Source: Candidatus Latescibacterota bacterium (GTDB taxonomy: Bacteria > Latescibacterota > UBA2968 > UBA8231). From it: DNA of 64,000 bases. The stretch covers positions 257,937-321,936 of the forward strand of contig CBDAOB010000003.1 in NCBI GenBank assembly GCA_965197905.1. The letters are read 5' to 3'. The notes under the pieces were generated by a model. That model did not search any database and had not been told where the DNA came from. It worked only from the letters and a program-made list of their open reading frames with translations. This document shows positions 12,439 through 21,918 of this stretch, in pieces. Numbering within the stretch: position 1 is the first letter of the stretch; each line of letters begins with the position of its first letter. The position numbers and the translations under genes were made by a program.

Positions 12439-13044
12439 CTATGAAGATTTGTTTGCGCGCGCGCGTGTCAATATCTCCCGGACGACTTCGGACTTGGCAT
12501 CGGCATAGTTCTGCGTGTACTTCCAGGTACGAGCCGCAAGTTCGCGTTTGGTCTCTTCGTAGAGCAACCTATCCTCAGCATGCTGCCGCAGCCAATCGCG
12601 GAACAACAGCATCTGCTCAATTTCTTCACATCCATCAGAGAACACGTGTAAATTTCCTAGCACGTCCGGTGGATTCAACAGCCGGTGCTCATACCAATCC
12701 GGTTCTCGGACCCGTAGTGTATATCCTATTTTCTCCAATGGTCTGACGTACGACGACTCATCGCTTGAATCCGCCACGGCCAGTAGCATGTCGATAACCG
12801 GCTTTGCCGACAATCTGGGTACCGATGTCGATCCTACATGCTCCAGAAGCCGTATCTTATCTCCGAGTGCTTCACGTATCTGCTGCTCTAATCGAAGGAA
12901 CAGCGACGGCCACACTGGGTCATACGGAGCCAGGTGAATCGTGCTGTTCGAGGGGAGCCTTTCCCCGACCGTGGCAGCAATGATCTGTTCCTCGGTCATC
13001 GGTGTGTTCGCCTTGGGCGGGCTTGTCGATCCATTTTCTGTCAT
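12439..13044 (-). CDS. GrpB-family protein (UPF0157, nucleotidyltransferase-like)
   Basis: LAPYDPVWP..F..E...I..ALGD....IEHVGSTSVP...AKPVIDML pattern. Confidence 0.7.
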   Translation of the reverse strand: MTENGSTSPPKANTPMTEEQIIAATVGERLPSNSTIHLAPYDPVWPSLFLRLEQQIREALGDKIRLLEHVGSTSVPRLSAKPVIDMLLAVADSSDESSYVRPLEKIGYTLRVREPDWYEHRLLNPPDVLGNLHVFSDGCEEIEQMLLFRDWLRQHAEDRLLYEETKRELAARTWKYTQNYADAKSEVVREILTRARANKSS

Positions 13045-13319
13045 CTACGCTACCACGGCTACTCGGCTGTGTGACCACGCGCCTTACTGGCCTCATCCGG
13101 CTTGTAAAAAGACTCCGACGAGGCCGTCAGCTTCAGTCCCATTCCCTTGATAGCAGTGTCGGGGACTTTTTCTAGCGGCGTATATGGCTCATGACCGGAT
13201 CGGCTTCGGAAGCGCCTGGCAAAAGACCCGTTTCAACACGGTCGAAGAGTTCCGTCTACTTTCGCGCCAACTAGGCTTAGCCGAGCCTGGATGACCTGCG
13301 GTTCCAGCCGCGCTTCAAA

Positions 13320-13811
13320 TTACCACGTAGTGGGTATAGGAAGCAAAAGATCTCCTTGAATAGGCACAAAGCGCGTCGCGGATTCGATTAGGCGACTAGC
13401 GGTTAGCTCTGGGACGCCGTACACTTCAACGGATACGGAGAATTCCTTGGCTAGTTTGTCAATTGCAAGAGCGTAGTCTCCGTCACCCGACACGAGGACA
13501 GCGATATCCACGCGATCCGCGTATGCCAGCATATCGACCGCAATCCCTACGTCCCAGTCGCCCTTGGCCGAGCCATCAGCCCTCTGAATATAGGGCGTGA
13601 GCTTTACCTCAAAACCGAGCCGTTTCAGAATCTGCTGAAACTGGGCTTGCTTTCTGTCGCCTTTGTCGACAGCGTACGCTATAGCTTTCACCAAATTCCG
13701 GCCGGCTGTCACTTCCCTGAGGAAAGTACCATAGTCGAAGTGGCAGTTATGCTGTTCCTTAACTGTGTAATAGACATTCTGCACATCTGCGAATACGGCG
13801 ACGCGGCTCAT
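13320..13811 (-). CDS. NYN-domain (LabA-like) protein
   Basis: VAVFADVQNV...DWDVGIAVDML...DIAVLVSGDGDYALAI. Confidence 0.7.
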   Translation of the reverse strand: MSRVAVFADVQNVYYTVKEQHNCHFDYGTFLREVTAGRNLVKAIAYAVDKGDRKQAQFQQILKRLGFEVKLTPYIQRADGSAKGDWDVGIAVDMLAYADRVDIAVLVSGDGDYALAIDKLAKEFSVSVEVYGVPELTASRLIESATRFVPIQGDLLLPIPTTW

Positions 13812-13847
13812 TGATTCTCAGTCGAAATCAGTAGGTAAATGGGGTGA

Positions 13848-14054
13848 CTAAGCCAGCAGCTTCAGTGCCACGGTTTGGTAGCCCGATTCCTCGCGAACCT
13901 CCCTGACTACAGACTCACTTGGCGACTCGTTGACATCGACCCATCCCCCTGGAAGTGTCCACCTACCGTCCGAACGCTCTTTGACCAACAGAACGGAATC
14001 CCCGTCGAAGACGACACCTCGCACGTTGACTTTGGGCATTACATCCCGTACCAT
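13848..14054 (-). CDS. NUDIX hydrolase (short)
   Basis: Nudix box GGWVDVNESPSESVVREVREESG; start trimmed to the internal Met to avoid overlap with the upstream gene. Confidence 0.55.
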   Translation of the reverse strand: MVRDVMPKVNVRGVVFDGDSVLLVKERSDGRWTLPGGWVDVNESPSESVVREVREESGYQTVALKLLA

Positions 14055-16141
14055 CGGCGCATCGTCTGCTCCGCTGGCTTGTTCTGTGGCGTAAAATCCC
14101 GGTTCCGAACGCCTCCCGCATCGCGGTAGTACGGATGCCATTTCCAGAAATAGACGCCGGCAAAAAGGTCCTTTTCCCAAAAGGTCTCGAAAAACGCCTC
14201 GTAGCAGTTCGCTTGTGTCTGCAGCCCCTCCTCGATGGACGCTCTCACGTCACTGATCTCCCATTCCCAAGGTCGTTCAGCGGCATCGATCATACTGTGG
14301 TAACCGATCTCGGTGATGATGACCGGTTTTTGAAATTTGTCATGGATGCGCTCGATCGAGAGCATGTGTTTCTCCCACCCACGCCTCAAGTCCGCAACCG
14401 TTGGGACGGACTCTTTACCCGACTCCTTAACATATCTGTCTTCCTCCATCAAAGGGAAATAGGCCTGAATACCTATGTAGTCCAGGTCGTCCCAAAAAGA
14501 CACCTCCTCAAACTCCTTGTACCAGTTGGCCGCGTAGATGAGCTTGCCATGGTAGATGGCGCGGATCTCGGCGATGAGCCGGCGCCAGTCCGCCTCCCGC
14601 TCGACCGCCGTGCGATGGAGTTCGGTGCCGATGCAGAGGACGTCGATCCTTTCATCATCGGCCAGCTTTGCGTAGTGGAGGATAAAGGTCCGGTACTGGT
14701 CAAACCATGCTTGCCAATCCTCTTCGCTGTCCATGGCAATATCACTGCGCCATTTGTCGCCACTCCGCGTTAGCCAGATGTGAGGTTTAAGCATAGTCCG
14801 AATGCCGAATTTCTTCGCCAATCGGCTCGTCTCCGCAAGGCCGCGATCACTCTCGCCTTCACCGCTATTGGGTCTAAACCGAATCTTGGTGGAGTTGTGC
14901 CTGGTCTGCCAGCCGAAGGTGGTTTGCGAAATCCACTCGACCCCACATCGAACCAGCGGCAACATATGGTGCTCTGTAAGATCGTCCCCTCCCGCGACCC
15001 AGCATACGCCGCGATGGATGCGGGCCATATCTACGGGCGCGGCAAAATAATCCGACGGCTGAACACGTTTGACTGCCTGGGGGCCCAGGGACACAGCCGC
15101 ATCCGCCATGACGCGCACCGAGACAGGGTTTCCACTTTCTACCCTGAAATCATCGGCGTCCACTCGATAGGTCGAAGGAGGCAATCGGGCCACAAATCTA
15201 CCGTGATCATCCGTGTTGAGCCGGATGTGAAACGACGAGTCGGACTCAGGTTCGATGCTCACCTGGCGAGGGGGAGCTTCATCCGTCTCATCCAGCCAGG
15301 TCATCTTTCCCCTTAATTCACCGACCGGGTCGATATCCGGCACCAAAAGCAGGTCGCCGATCAAGTTGTCCGCATGGCCCCAGGGTTGCTCGCCCCAGCC
15401 AATTACTGAAAATCTGCGGGCCTCTTGTCCATCTACATCGCACAGAGCAACAGCAAGGGACCACGCCTCGCCCGGTTTAATCCGAGCTACACCAATACCG
15501 GCTACATCTAACTTCCATTCGTAGGTGTGGTGACCATCTATTCTCCGAACCGCGAACTCCACAAACCGTTTCTCAACTGTTTTGGCGCGAAAGGCAAAAA
15601 ACGGCGGACTTCCTGCGATTCCAAACTGCTCGGCGCGTCCCGGTGTGTGCAGGGGTGACAAGGCGAAGCCCCCGTTGTCCCTGATGGGCGAACCGGGCAG
15701 TTCTAGGGTTGTAGTATCATCCTCAACTTCAAGGCCTACAAAGACGGCATTTTCAGCGATATTGTAGCCAACGCGGAAGCGGCCTCGGAAGTCCGTGCTG
15801 TCCCGGGGCGAATTGTGTGCAAATGCCTCGAGTGGATAGAGGGGTGAAACGGGCCAGTCGGAGAGGTCTCCGTCGATATGGATAGAGGGCATTGGATAAG
15901 CTAGGGCAAGCGTGCCATTGTGAGCCTGGACGGGTACGGCGGCGAGCAGGAGGAGCAAGACGACCGGAAAGTACAGGACAGCTGCCCTAACGCACTTTCG
16001 ATATCGCCTAGACGGACAATTCGATGTGGTCGGCTCGGGAGCTATTAGGCGATGCACCCGGTTACAGAATCTTGCGAAAGAAGATTTCGCCAACGCACCA
16101 TCGTTCATTTCGTTGATTATTCCGCAATCGCGAAAGCCCAT
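14039..16141 (-). CDS. secreted glycoside hydrolase, clan GH-A TIM barrel (GH113/GH26/GH5-like)
   Basis: signal-like hydrophobic N-terminus; CIGTELH (acid/base Glu) and VIITEIGY (nucleophile Glu) motifs; true start uncertain. Confidence 0.55.
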   Translation of the reverse strand: MGFRDCGIINEMNDGALAKSSFARFCNRVHRLIAPEPTTSNCPSRRYRKCVRAAVLYFPVVLLLLLAAVPVQAHNGTLALAYPMPSIHIDGDLSDWPVSPLYPLEAFAHNSPRDSTDFRGRFRVGYNIAENAVFVGLEVEDDTTTLELPGSPIRDNGGFALSPLHTPGRAEQFGIAGSPPFFAFRAKTVEKRFVEFAVRRIDGHHTYEWKLDVAGIGVARIKPGEAWSLAVALCDVDGQEARRFSVIGWGEQPWGHADNLIGDLLLVPDIDPVGELRGKMTWLDETDEAPPRQVSIEPESDSSFHIRLNTDDHGRFVARLPPSTYRVDADDFRVESGNPVSVRVMADAAVSLGPQAVKRVQPSDYFAAPVDMARIHRGVCWVAGGDDLTEHHMLPLVRCGVEWISQTTFGWQTRHNSTKIRFRPNSGEGESDRGLAETSRLAKKFGIRTMLKPHIWLTRSGDKWRSDIAMDSEEDWQAWFDQYRTFILHYAKLADDERIDVLCIGTELHRTAVEREADWRRLIAEIRAIYHGKLIYAANWYKEFEEVSFWDDLDYIGIQAYFPLMEEDRYVKESGKESVPTVADLRRGWEKHMLSIERIHDKFQKPVIITEIGYHSMIDAAERPWEWEISDVRASIEEGLQTQANCYEAFFETFWEKDLFAGVYFWKWHPYYRDAGGVRNRDFTPQNKPAEQTMRRWYGM

Positions 16142-16166
16142 GTGCCGACGACCAACGCTCGGATGG

Positions 16167-16997
16167 TTAACGATCTATGAGCATTCTAGCGACGAATGCC
16201 CAAGGAATCTCCCTGAAGTTTGATTGGCCTAACTCCCTTTCCTCCTGTGGCCCAAATACGGGCTCGGCGATTCCGTTCATGACCAGACCGGCCTCGAAGA
16301 GGGCCGAGAGCAGCACGGACAAGGGTCGATGGAAGTAGTGCTGTGGATCTCTACCGCAGATACCTTTGCCGACGCCAGCGACAGGTGTGATATAGGAGCT
16401 CACCTTGATCGTGTGAATCTGCTGTCTTCCATGCTCGCCATAGAGTTCTTCAACTAACCGTGACGTGCCAGCCACGTTGTTGAAGCACGGGTGCACAAGC
16501 GAGAAAACAAATCTCCCTTCCGTTTTCAAGATTCTAGGGATGGTTCGAGCCAGGGGACGGATCTCCGCCAAATCCATGAGTGCCATGTTGCACACAACGG
16601 CGTCGTAGGTGTCATCACTGAGCGAGGCAAGCTGCTCCTTTGACGTGGCATCCATCACCGAGTATCTAATCTGCCCGTCACCTTCACTGGTTCGCCGACT
16701 AGCCATGTCGATCATTGCCTGGCTCACGTCAATCGCTGTAACCCGCGCACCCAACCGCGCTAGATGGCGAGAATAGATGCCATTCCCGCAACCGACATCC
16801 AGCACGACATCTCCGTCAACGGGAGAGAGCATTTCATCGACCGAGGGCCTGACCAGCTCCAGGTGGAAGTCGTTCCCGTCGTCTCCCATCCGATGGTCCC
16901 ACACGTCGGCCTGATTGTCCCACTCGACGTTGGAAATACCAGAATATTCAGGCCACTCGGCCGGAGGCTGATCCATAGATCTCATATCACAACGCAA
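16167..16997 (-). CDS. class I SAM-dependent methyltransferase
   Basis: VLDVGCGNGIYSRHLARLGARVTAIDVS motif I. Confidence 0.7.
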   Translation of the reverse strand: MRCDMRSMDQPPAEWPEYSGISNVEWDNQADVWDHRMGDDGNDFHLELVRPSVDEMLSPVDGDVVLDVGCGNGIYSRHLARLGARVTAIDVSQAMIDMASRRTSEGDGQIRYSVMDATSKEQLASLSDDTYDAVVCNMALMDLAEIRPLARTIPRILKTEGRFVFSLVHPCFNNVAGTSRLVEELYGEHGRQQIHTIKVSSYITPVAGVGKGICGRDPQHYFHRPLSVLLSALFEAGLVMNGIAEPVFGPQEERELGQSNFREIPWAFVARMLIDR

Positions 16998-17025
16998 GCC
17001 CGAACCTCCTTAGGTGATCTTGGCA

Positions 17026-17616
17026 CTAGCTTGAGCCACCGAAATCGATCTTTAATCCGACTCCTCCACCGATTCCAATGGGAATGTCATCACCAAAAAT
17101 GACATCCATGCGAAATTCGATAGGGATAGTGAACGCTGCAGAAAAGGGGACCTCGCGACCAATGGCCAGCGGTATTCCGACGGTTGATCCAGACCCGTTG
17201 AAAAAGACATGCAGGTTGGCCCCAGTCAAAAGGTAGTAGTGAGGGGGGATACGCAGCCTTACAAGGCCGCCTAGATGTCCGGTCCAAATAGTTCCCCAGC
17301 GCCATCTAGGACTCAGGCCGCGAGGAATATGTTTTTCTTCCCAATAATACAATCTGTTAAAACCAACCTCTGGACCGAGCGAAACCTTTTCGGATTTGCT
17401 AAACAGTATCTGAATTAGCCCGTTGTAATTAAACTGATTCGACTCTACCAACCCCTCGTCGGTAACGCGAGAATATTCAGGAATTCCCATAGCTTCGGAG
17501 ACATCGACGATGGTGTATCCGAAATTGTTTTGAAGGTTTACATCGAATCTACGGGGTTGAGATTGGGCATCGGAGGATACAACAACAGCTAAAATTAGGA
17601 GGTATATCGTTTTCAT
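17026..17616 (-). CDS. secreted Gly-rich protein, possible outer-membrane beta-barrel
   Basis: start moved to MKTIYLLILAVVVSS (signal peptide) with AAGGAAGG RBS; C-terminal Gly-rich alternating pattern. Confidence 0.4.
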   Translation of the reverse strand: MKTIYLLILAVVVSSDAQSQPRRFDVNLQNNFGYTIVDVSEAMGIPEYSRVTDEGLVESNQFNYNGLIQILFSKSEKVSLGPEVGFNRLYYWEEKHIPRGLSPRWRWGTIWTGHLGGLVRLRIPPHYYLLTGANLHVFFNGSGSTVGIPLAIGREVPFSAAFTIPIEFRMDVIFGDDIPIGIGGGVGLKIDFGGSS

Positions 17617-17660
17617 TTGGTCCTTCCTTGTCGGACACCTGGTTTTCCGCCAGGGCAAGA

Positions 17661-18365
17661 TCAGGAGCGGGATTTCACGAACTCCAACACGATGAGGAAA
17701 GGGACCTGAACCCAACCGCTCCGCCGCTCTTCGGGTTCATTTGGACCGGGGGCAGGTTCCAACAGAGTGCGGAGCAGGAAACCACACTCCGAAAATGCTT
17801 TGATGTACTCGCCCATTGTTCGGTGATAATGATAGACCTCGATGCCTACCGTGGCCATGCCTTTATAGATTCGTGTGGTTCCAGAATCGAAATAGGTGTC
17901 CGCCTTCTCTCTCAACACGGCTGAATACGGATTGTTTAGCAATAGGACGGCTCGCCCTCCGGGTTTCGTTACCGATCCCAACGTTGAGATGTACCCTTCA
18001 TGGTCTGGCACGTCATTCAATACGAAGTAGCTTGCCACCAGATCGAACTGTTCACGGAATTGTGGAAGAGGGTCGCTGAGATTGGCCACGAAGTACTCGA
18101 TAGATCCCTCGTTTCTTCGCTTGGCCTTTTCCACCAATTTCGGCGAAACGTCGACACCAGTAACTATGGCTCCCTTTGAGTCGAGTACGCGCGCGACAAA
18201 GCCTTCGCCGCAGCCAGCGTCTAACACCCGTTGCCCATCGACCTCACCGATCACAGTGAAGAAGTCGGCCGCTACGAGATCTTTGCCGAGATCCTTCTCG
18301 TCGCGACTACCTACCCAGCAGTCATATTCCTCAGCGCATTGATCGTATGTATTGACATCATTCAT
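17661..18365 (-). CDS. class I SAM-dependent methyltransferase
   Basis: VLDAGCGEGFVARVLDSKGAIVTGVDVS motif I. Confidence 0.7.
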   Translation of the reverse strand: MNDVNTYDQCAEEYDCWVGSRDEKDLGKDLVAADFFTVIGEVDGQRVLDAGCGEGFVARVLDSKGAIVTGVDVSPKLVEKAKRRNEGSIEYFVANLSDPLPQFREQFDLVASYFVLNDVPDHEGYISTLGSVTKPGGRAVLLLNNPYSAVLREKADTYFDSGTTRIYKGMATVGIEVYHYHRTMGEYIKAFSECGFLLRTLLEPAPGPNEPEERRSGWVQVPFLIVLEFVKSRS

Positions 18366-18482
18366 AGTCTATTCGAGCTATAATCAAAAGGTGTGGAAAT
18401 ACACAGAAGGCGATCCTACCCTTCCTTTGTAATTAGACATTACACGCGCCGGGGCTGTCCCGGCAGGAAGAGGAGAATCGCC

Positions 18483-19004
18483 ATGCCACAACCTAAGCTG
18501 AGCACCGCGGAAATGTCCATGCCCACGTTCGAAACGTTGGAAGCGTGGACGCGGTCGCAGATTCAGTCTTTGATGCAGTCGGTTTTGGATGAAGAAGTGA
18601 CGCAGGTGCTGGGGCGGTCGCGCTACCAGCGTCAGGCCCCGTTGGACGCACCCGGCGGCTATCGAAATGGCTACGGGAAGCGGCGGCGACTGTCCTGTAC
18701 CTCGGGCACGATCGAGGTAAAACGTCCACGCGTGCGAGGTCTGGAAGAGCGCTTCGAGAGCGCCATTCTGCCGCTGTTTGCGCGGCGTACGAAGGAGGTG
18801 GGTCAGCTGTTGCCGGAACTGTATCTGCACGGTCTGTCCCAAGGCGACTTCGAGCTGGCGCTGCGCGGCCTGCTGGGAGCGGGAGCGCCGCTGTCGCCGT
18901 CCTCAATCGCGCGTTTGCGGGATAAGTGGATCGTCGAATACCACGCCTGGCGCAGCCGACGGCTGGATGACCGCGAGCTGGTGTACGCCTGGGCCGACGG
19001 GATC
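18483..19004 (+). CDS. IS256-family (Mutator-like) transposase, exon 1
   Basis: MPQPKLS...LVYAWADGI ends in the first DDE-region motif; RBS GGAAGAGGAG; interrupted by the intron at 19005. Confidence 0.75.
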
Positions 19005-21145
19005 GTGCGCCACGAGGCGCCAGAGAACCGGGTGGGATGCAAGGACCCACCAACGGGCTGTCGCAGCAGCCCGTTGAAGCTGGAGGCAGCCTGACCCTGG
19101 GAGCGCAGGGGAAGGTGGAAGCAGCCTCGACAACGACAGAGTGGAGTGGCACCTCCAGACACTCCACGTCTGGCAAGCAAGACGGAATGGTGTAACCCGA
19201 AGTGAACCAGTGATGGAACCCCCTTTAGCGGCCCGCCAACCCAAACCTGGTGGATAAGGGTTGGTACGCAACGCACGTGGTCGGATATATGACCGACTGC
19301 GACTCTGGGGAGGTGTGATACCCACCGAAGCAGAGGCCTTGGAGAATGCCTGCGGCGTACCCAAGGCGAAGTTGCAGGGGAAAAGCTGGGCACCTCCCCC
19401 GTCAAACGGTTCATGGTGAACGTGGGAACCGAGCCGAGTCCGACCGTTATCGGGGCAGCGCGCTGTCCGCTGTGGGGCTTGGCAAGGGACGGAGCCTCTG
19501 TAGTAGTCCGCGAGCGGGAAAGCCGCTTACATGGCGAAGGGAGGCAGCAAGTTGCGCAGTGGGGTACTGGAAAAACAGGAGGACGCCGGTGAATGCCAGC
19601 GCTTCGTGGCCCGAGGCAGAACAAGCCCGTAATCGAGTACTGGAAATCCAGACCAAACTGCACCGTTGGGCTGTAGAGGATCGAAGCAAGTGCTTCGACG
19701 ACCTGTTCAACCTGGTGTGTGACCCGGCGTTTTTGAGTGTAGCCTGGCGTCGGGTGCGCAGCAACAAGGGTGCTCGTTCGGCCGGAGTGGACGGACAAAC
19801 GGCCTACTCTGTGGAGACGGAACGCGGCGAGGAGGCCTTTCTCGCCGAGGTGCGGGTTGATCTGAAGACCCGCAGTTTCCGGCCTCTGCCCGTACGCGAG
19901 CGGTTGATTCCGAAACCTGGCACAACGAAGAAGCGCCGGCTCGGCATCCCAACCGCTCGGGACCGAGTGGTCCAAGCCGCACTCAAGCTGGTGCTCGAAC
20001 CGATCTTCGAAGCGGACTTCAAGCCGTGCTCCTACGGCTTCCGCCCGAATCGGCGGGCTCAGGACGCCATCGCCGAGATTCATCAATTCTGCTCCCGCTC
20101 TTATGAGTGGGTGGTGGAGGGCGATATCCGTGCTTGTTTCGATGAGATTGATCACGCAGCCCTCTTGGACCGCGTGCGTCGACGTATCGGTGATAAGCAT
20201 GTTCTGAGGCTTGTAAAAGCGTTCTGCAAGGCCGGTGTCCTCACGGAACAATCGGTGTTGCAAGAAAGCACTTCGGGCACTCCGCAAGGCGGTATTCTCT
20301 CACCGCTGGTGGCAAATATCGCCTTATCCGTCCTCGACGATTATTTCACTGAGGTCTGGAGAAAGGTGGGCGCTACCTCCAGTGCGCGACAAGCGCATCG
20401 GCGAAAGGGGCTACCGACTTGTCGGCTTGTCCGTTACGCTGACGATTTCGTGCTGCTGGTGGCGGGCACCGAAGCTGCAGCGTATGACCTGCGCGACCAA
20501 GCGGGGGTGACTCTCACCCCCATGGGTCTGCACCTGTCGGAGACGAAGACCGCCATCACGCACATCAGCCGTGGCTTCGATTTCCTGGGTTTTCGCATTC
20601 AGAAGCGACGGAAACCGGGCCCGGTTGGCGCACGCATCTATACGTGGCCAAGAAAGGAATCTCTGGCCCGGTTGAAGAGCACGGTGCGCGCAGTCACGAG
20701 AACGGGTCGGCAGAGGCCGTTGAAGAGCCTTCTGCGCCAACTCAATCCGGTGTTGCGGGGGTGGGCCAACTACTTTCAGTACGGGGTGTCGAAGGCCACT
20801 TTCAACTACGTGCGGGGCTTCACTTGGCGCCGCGTAGTGCATTGGCTGCGCCGCAAGCACCCGCGCTTTAATTGGAGGAAGCTGAAACGCCGCTACCTGC
20901 CAGGATGGTGGCCCACCGAGGACGGGATTGCTCTTTACAACGTCGGCGAAGTAGCAGTGACTCGTTACCGCTATCGATCGGCGCGGATCCCTTCTCCCTG
21001 GCCTGCGACAACCGGATGAGACTCTGCGGTCACACGGCACCTTGTGGAGAGCCGGATGCGTGGTAACGCGCACGTCCGGTTCGGAGGGCGGGCCGGAGAA
21101 ACCCACATCACGCGTGTGGCGCAGGGCGCTCCGGTCCGACCCTAC
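19005..21145 (+). mobile_element. group II intron, RT-encoding
   Basis: 5' GUGCGCC immediately after the exon codon ATC; domain V GAGCCGGAUGCGUGGUAACGCGCACGUCCGGUUC at 21049-21082; 3' end ...CGACCCUAC; removal restores the in-frame ...WADGI|YVKAGLEK... of IS256 transposases. Confidence 0.85.
19583..21019 (+). CDS. group II intron reverse transcriptase/maturase (no endonuclease domain)
   Basis: RT motifs 0-7 including FRPNRRAQDA, QGGILSPLVANI and YADDFVLL; X/maturase domain RGWANYFQYGV; GTG start after AGGAGG; the ORF-track start at 19346 is probably too far upstream. Confidence 0.8.
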   Translation, partial: TPVNASASWPEAEQARNRVLEIQTKLHRWAVEDRSKCFDDLFNLVCDPAFLSVAWRRVRSNKGARSAGVDGQTAYSVETERGEEAFLAEVRVDLKTRSFRPLPVRERLIPKPGTTKKRRLGIPTARDRVVQAALKLVLEPIFEADFKPCSYGFRPNRRAQDAIAEIHQFCSRSYEWVVEGDIRACFDEIDHAALLDRVRRRIGDKHVLRLVKAFCKAGVLTEQSVLQESTSGTPQGGILSPLVANIALSVLDDYFTEVWRKVGATSSARQAHRRKGLPTCRLVRYADDFVLLVAGTEAAAYDLRDQAGVTLTPMGLHLSETKTAITHISRGFDFLGFRIQKRRKPGPVGARIYTWPRKESLARLKSTVRAVTRTGRQRPLKSLLRQLNPVLRGWANYFQYGVSKATFNYVRGFTWRRVVHWLRRKHPRFNWRKLKRRYLPGWWPTEDGIALYNVGEVAVTRYRYRSARIPSPWPATTG

Positions 21146-21862
21146 TACGTCAAAGCCGGGCTCGAGAAAGAAAAGGCCGCTCTCCTGGTGGTCATCGGCG
21201 CCATGAGCGATGGGCGCAAGGAAGTCTTGACGATTGTCCCAGGCTATCGCGAATCGAAGGAGTCGTGGACGAGCGTGCTGCGCGATTTGCGTGACCGCGG
21301 ACTGAGCGCGGCGAAGTTGTTGGTGGCGGATGGGCACCTGGGTATTTGGGCCGCCCTGGCGCAGGTCTGGCCGGAGACGGCGGAACAGCGGTGCTGGAAT
21401 CACCGCCTCCTGAACGTGTTGGATAAGCTGCCTAAACGCGTGCAGGCCGAAGCGCGGCAACTGCTGACACAGATCCCCTACGCGCCGACCCGTCAAGACG
21501 CGACCAAACGCCGCGATCAATTCGCCAAACGATTCCACCGCGAATGCCCAGACGCCGTAGATATCCTCGAGCGCGATTGGGACCGTATGGTGGCATTCTA
21601 CGACTTTCCCGAGGCCCACTGGCAACACCTGCGCACTACCAACGTCGTTGAAAGTCCCTTCGCTTCGGTACGGCTGCGAACCAATGCGGCCAAGCGCTAC
21701 AAGAAGGTGGCCAATGCCACCGCCCTCATATGGCGGGTACTGATGGTGGCCGAGAAACGATTTCGCCGACTCCGTGCACCGCATCTTATGGCTGACGTGT
21801 ACGCCAATGTGCGCTACGAAAATGGATCACACATCGCGCAAAGGAAGAAGATTGCCGCCTGA
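21146..21862 (+). CDS. IS256-family transposase, exon 2
   Basis: YVKAGLEKEKAALLVVIGAMSDGRKEVL...VADGHLG...CWNHRLLN...TTNVVESPF are conserved IS256 Tnp motifs. Confidence 0.75.
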   Translation, partial: YVKAGLEKEKAALLVVIGAMSDGRKEVLTIVPGYRESKESWTSVLRDLRDRGLSAAKLLVADGHLGIWAALAQVWPETAEQRCWNHRLLNVLDKLPKRVQAEARQLLTQIPYAPTRQDATKRRDQFAKRFHRECPDAVDILERDWDRMVAFYDFPEAHWQHLRTTNVVESPFASVRLRTNAAKRYKKVANATALIWRVLMVAEKRFRRLRAPHLMADVYANVRYENGSHIAQRKKIAA

Positions 21863-21918
21863 GTCGTTTACACACCATTTGACCCAAGCTCGTCTATTCC
21901 TTAGTAGAGCTTACCTGC

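Larger units (their letters stand above)
18375..21891 (+). mobile_element. IS256-family insertion sequence (copy 1) carrying a group II intron; flanked by 8-bp direct repeat GTCTATTC
   Basis: imperfect terminal IRs GAGCTataaTCAAAaGGTGTGgAAA / rc GAGCTtgggTCAAAtGGTGTGtAAA; TSD at 18367-18374 and 21892-21899; identical second copy at 56110-59626. Confidence 0.85.

Noticed and set aside
19346-19582. ORF-track start of the RT at 19346
   Set aside because: The N-terminal 79 aa are Arg/Gly-rich and lie within intron RNA domains. A GTG at 19583 after AGGAGG fits the conserved RT N-terminus better.
18493-21784. Long antisense ORFs inside the IS/intron (for example 18803-20287 at 494 aa, 20411-21784 at 457 aa; duplicated at 56538-59519)
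   Set aside because: They are antisense to a well-supported transposase, intron and RT; Arg/Pro/Ser-rich low-complexity translations are typical of GC-rich spurious frames.
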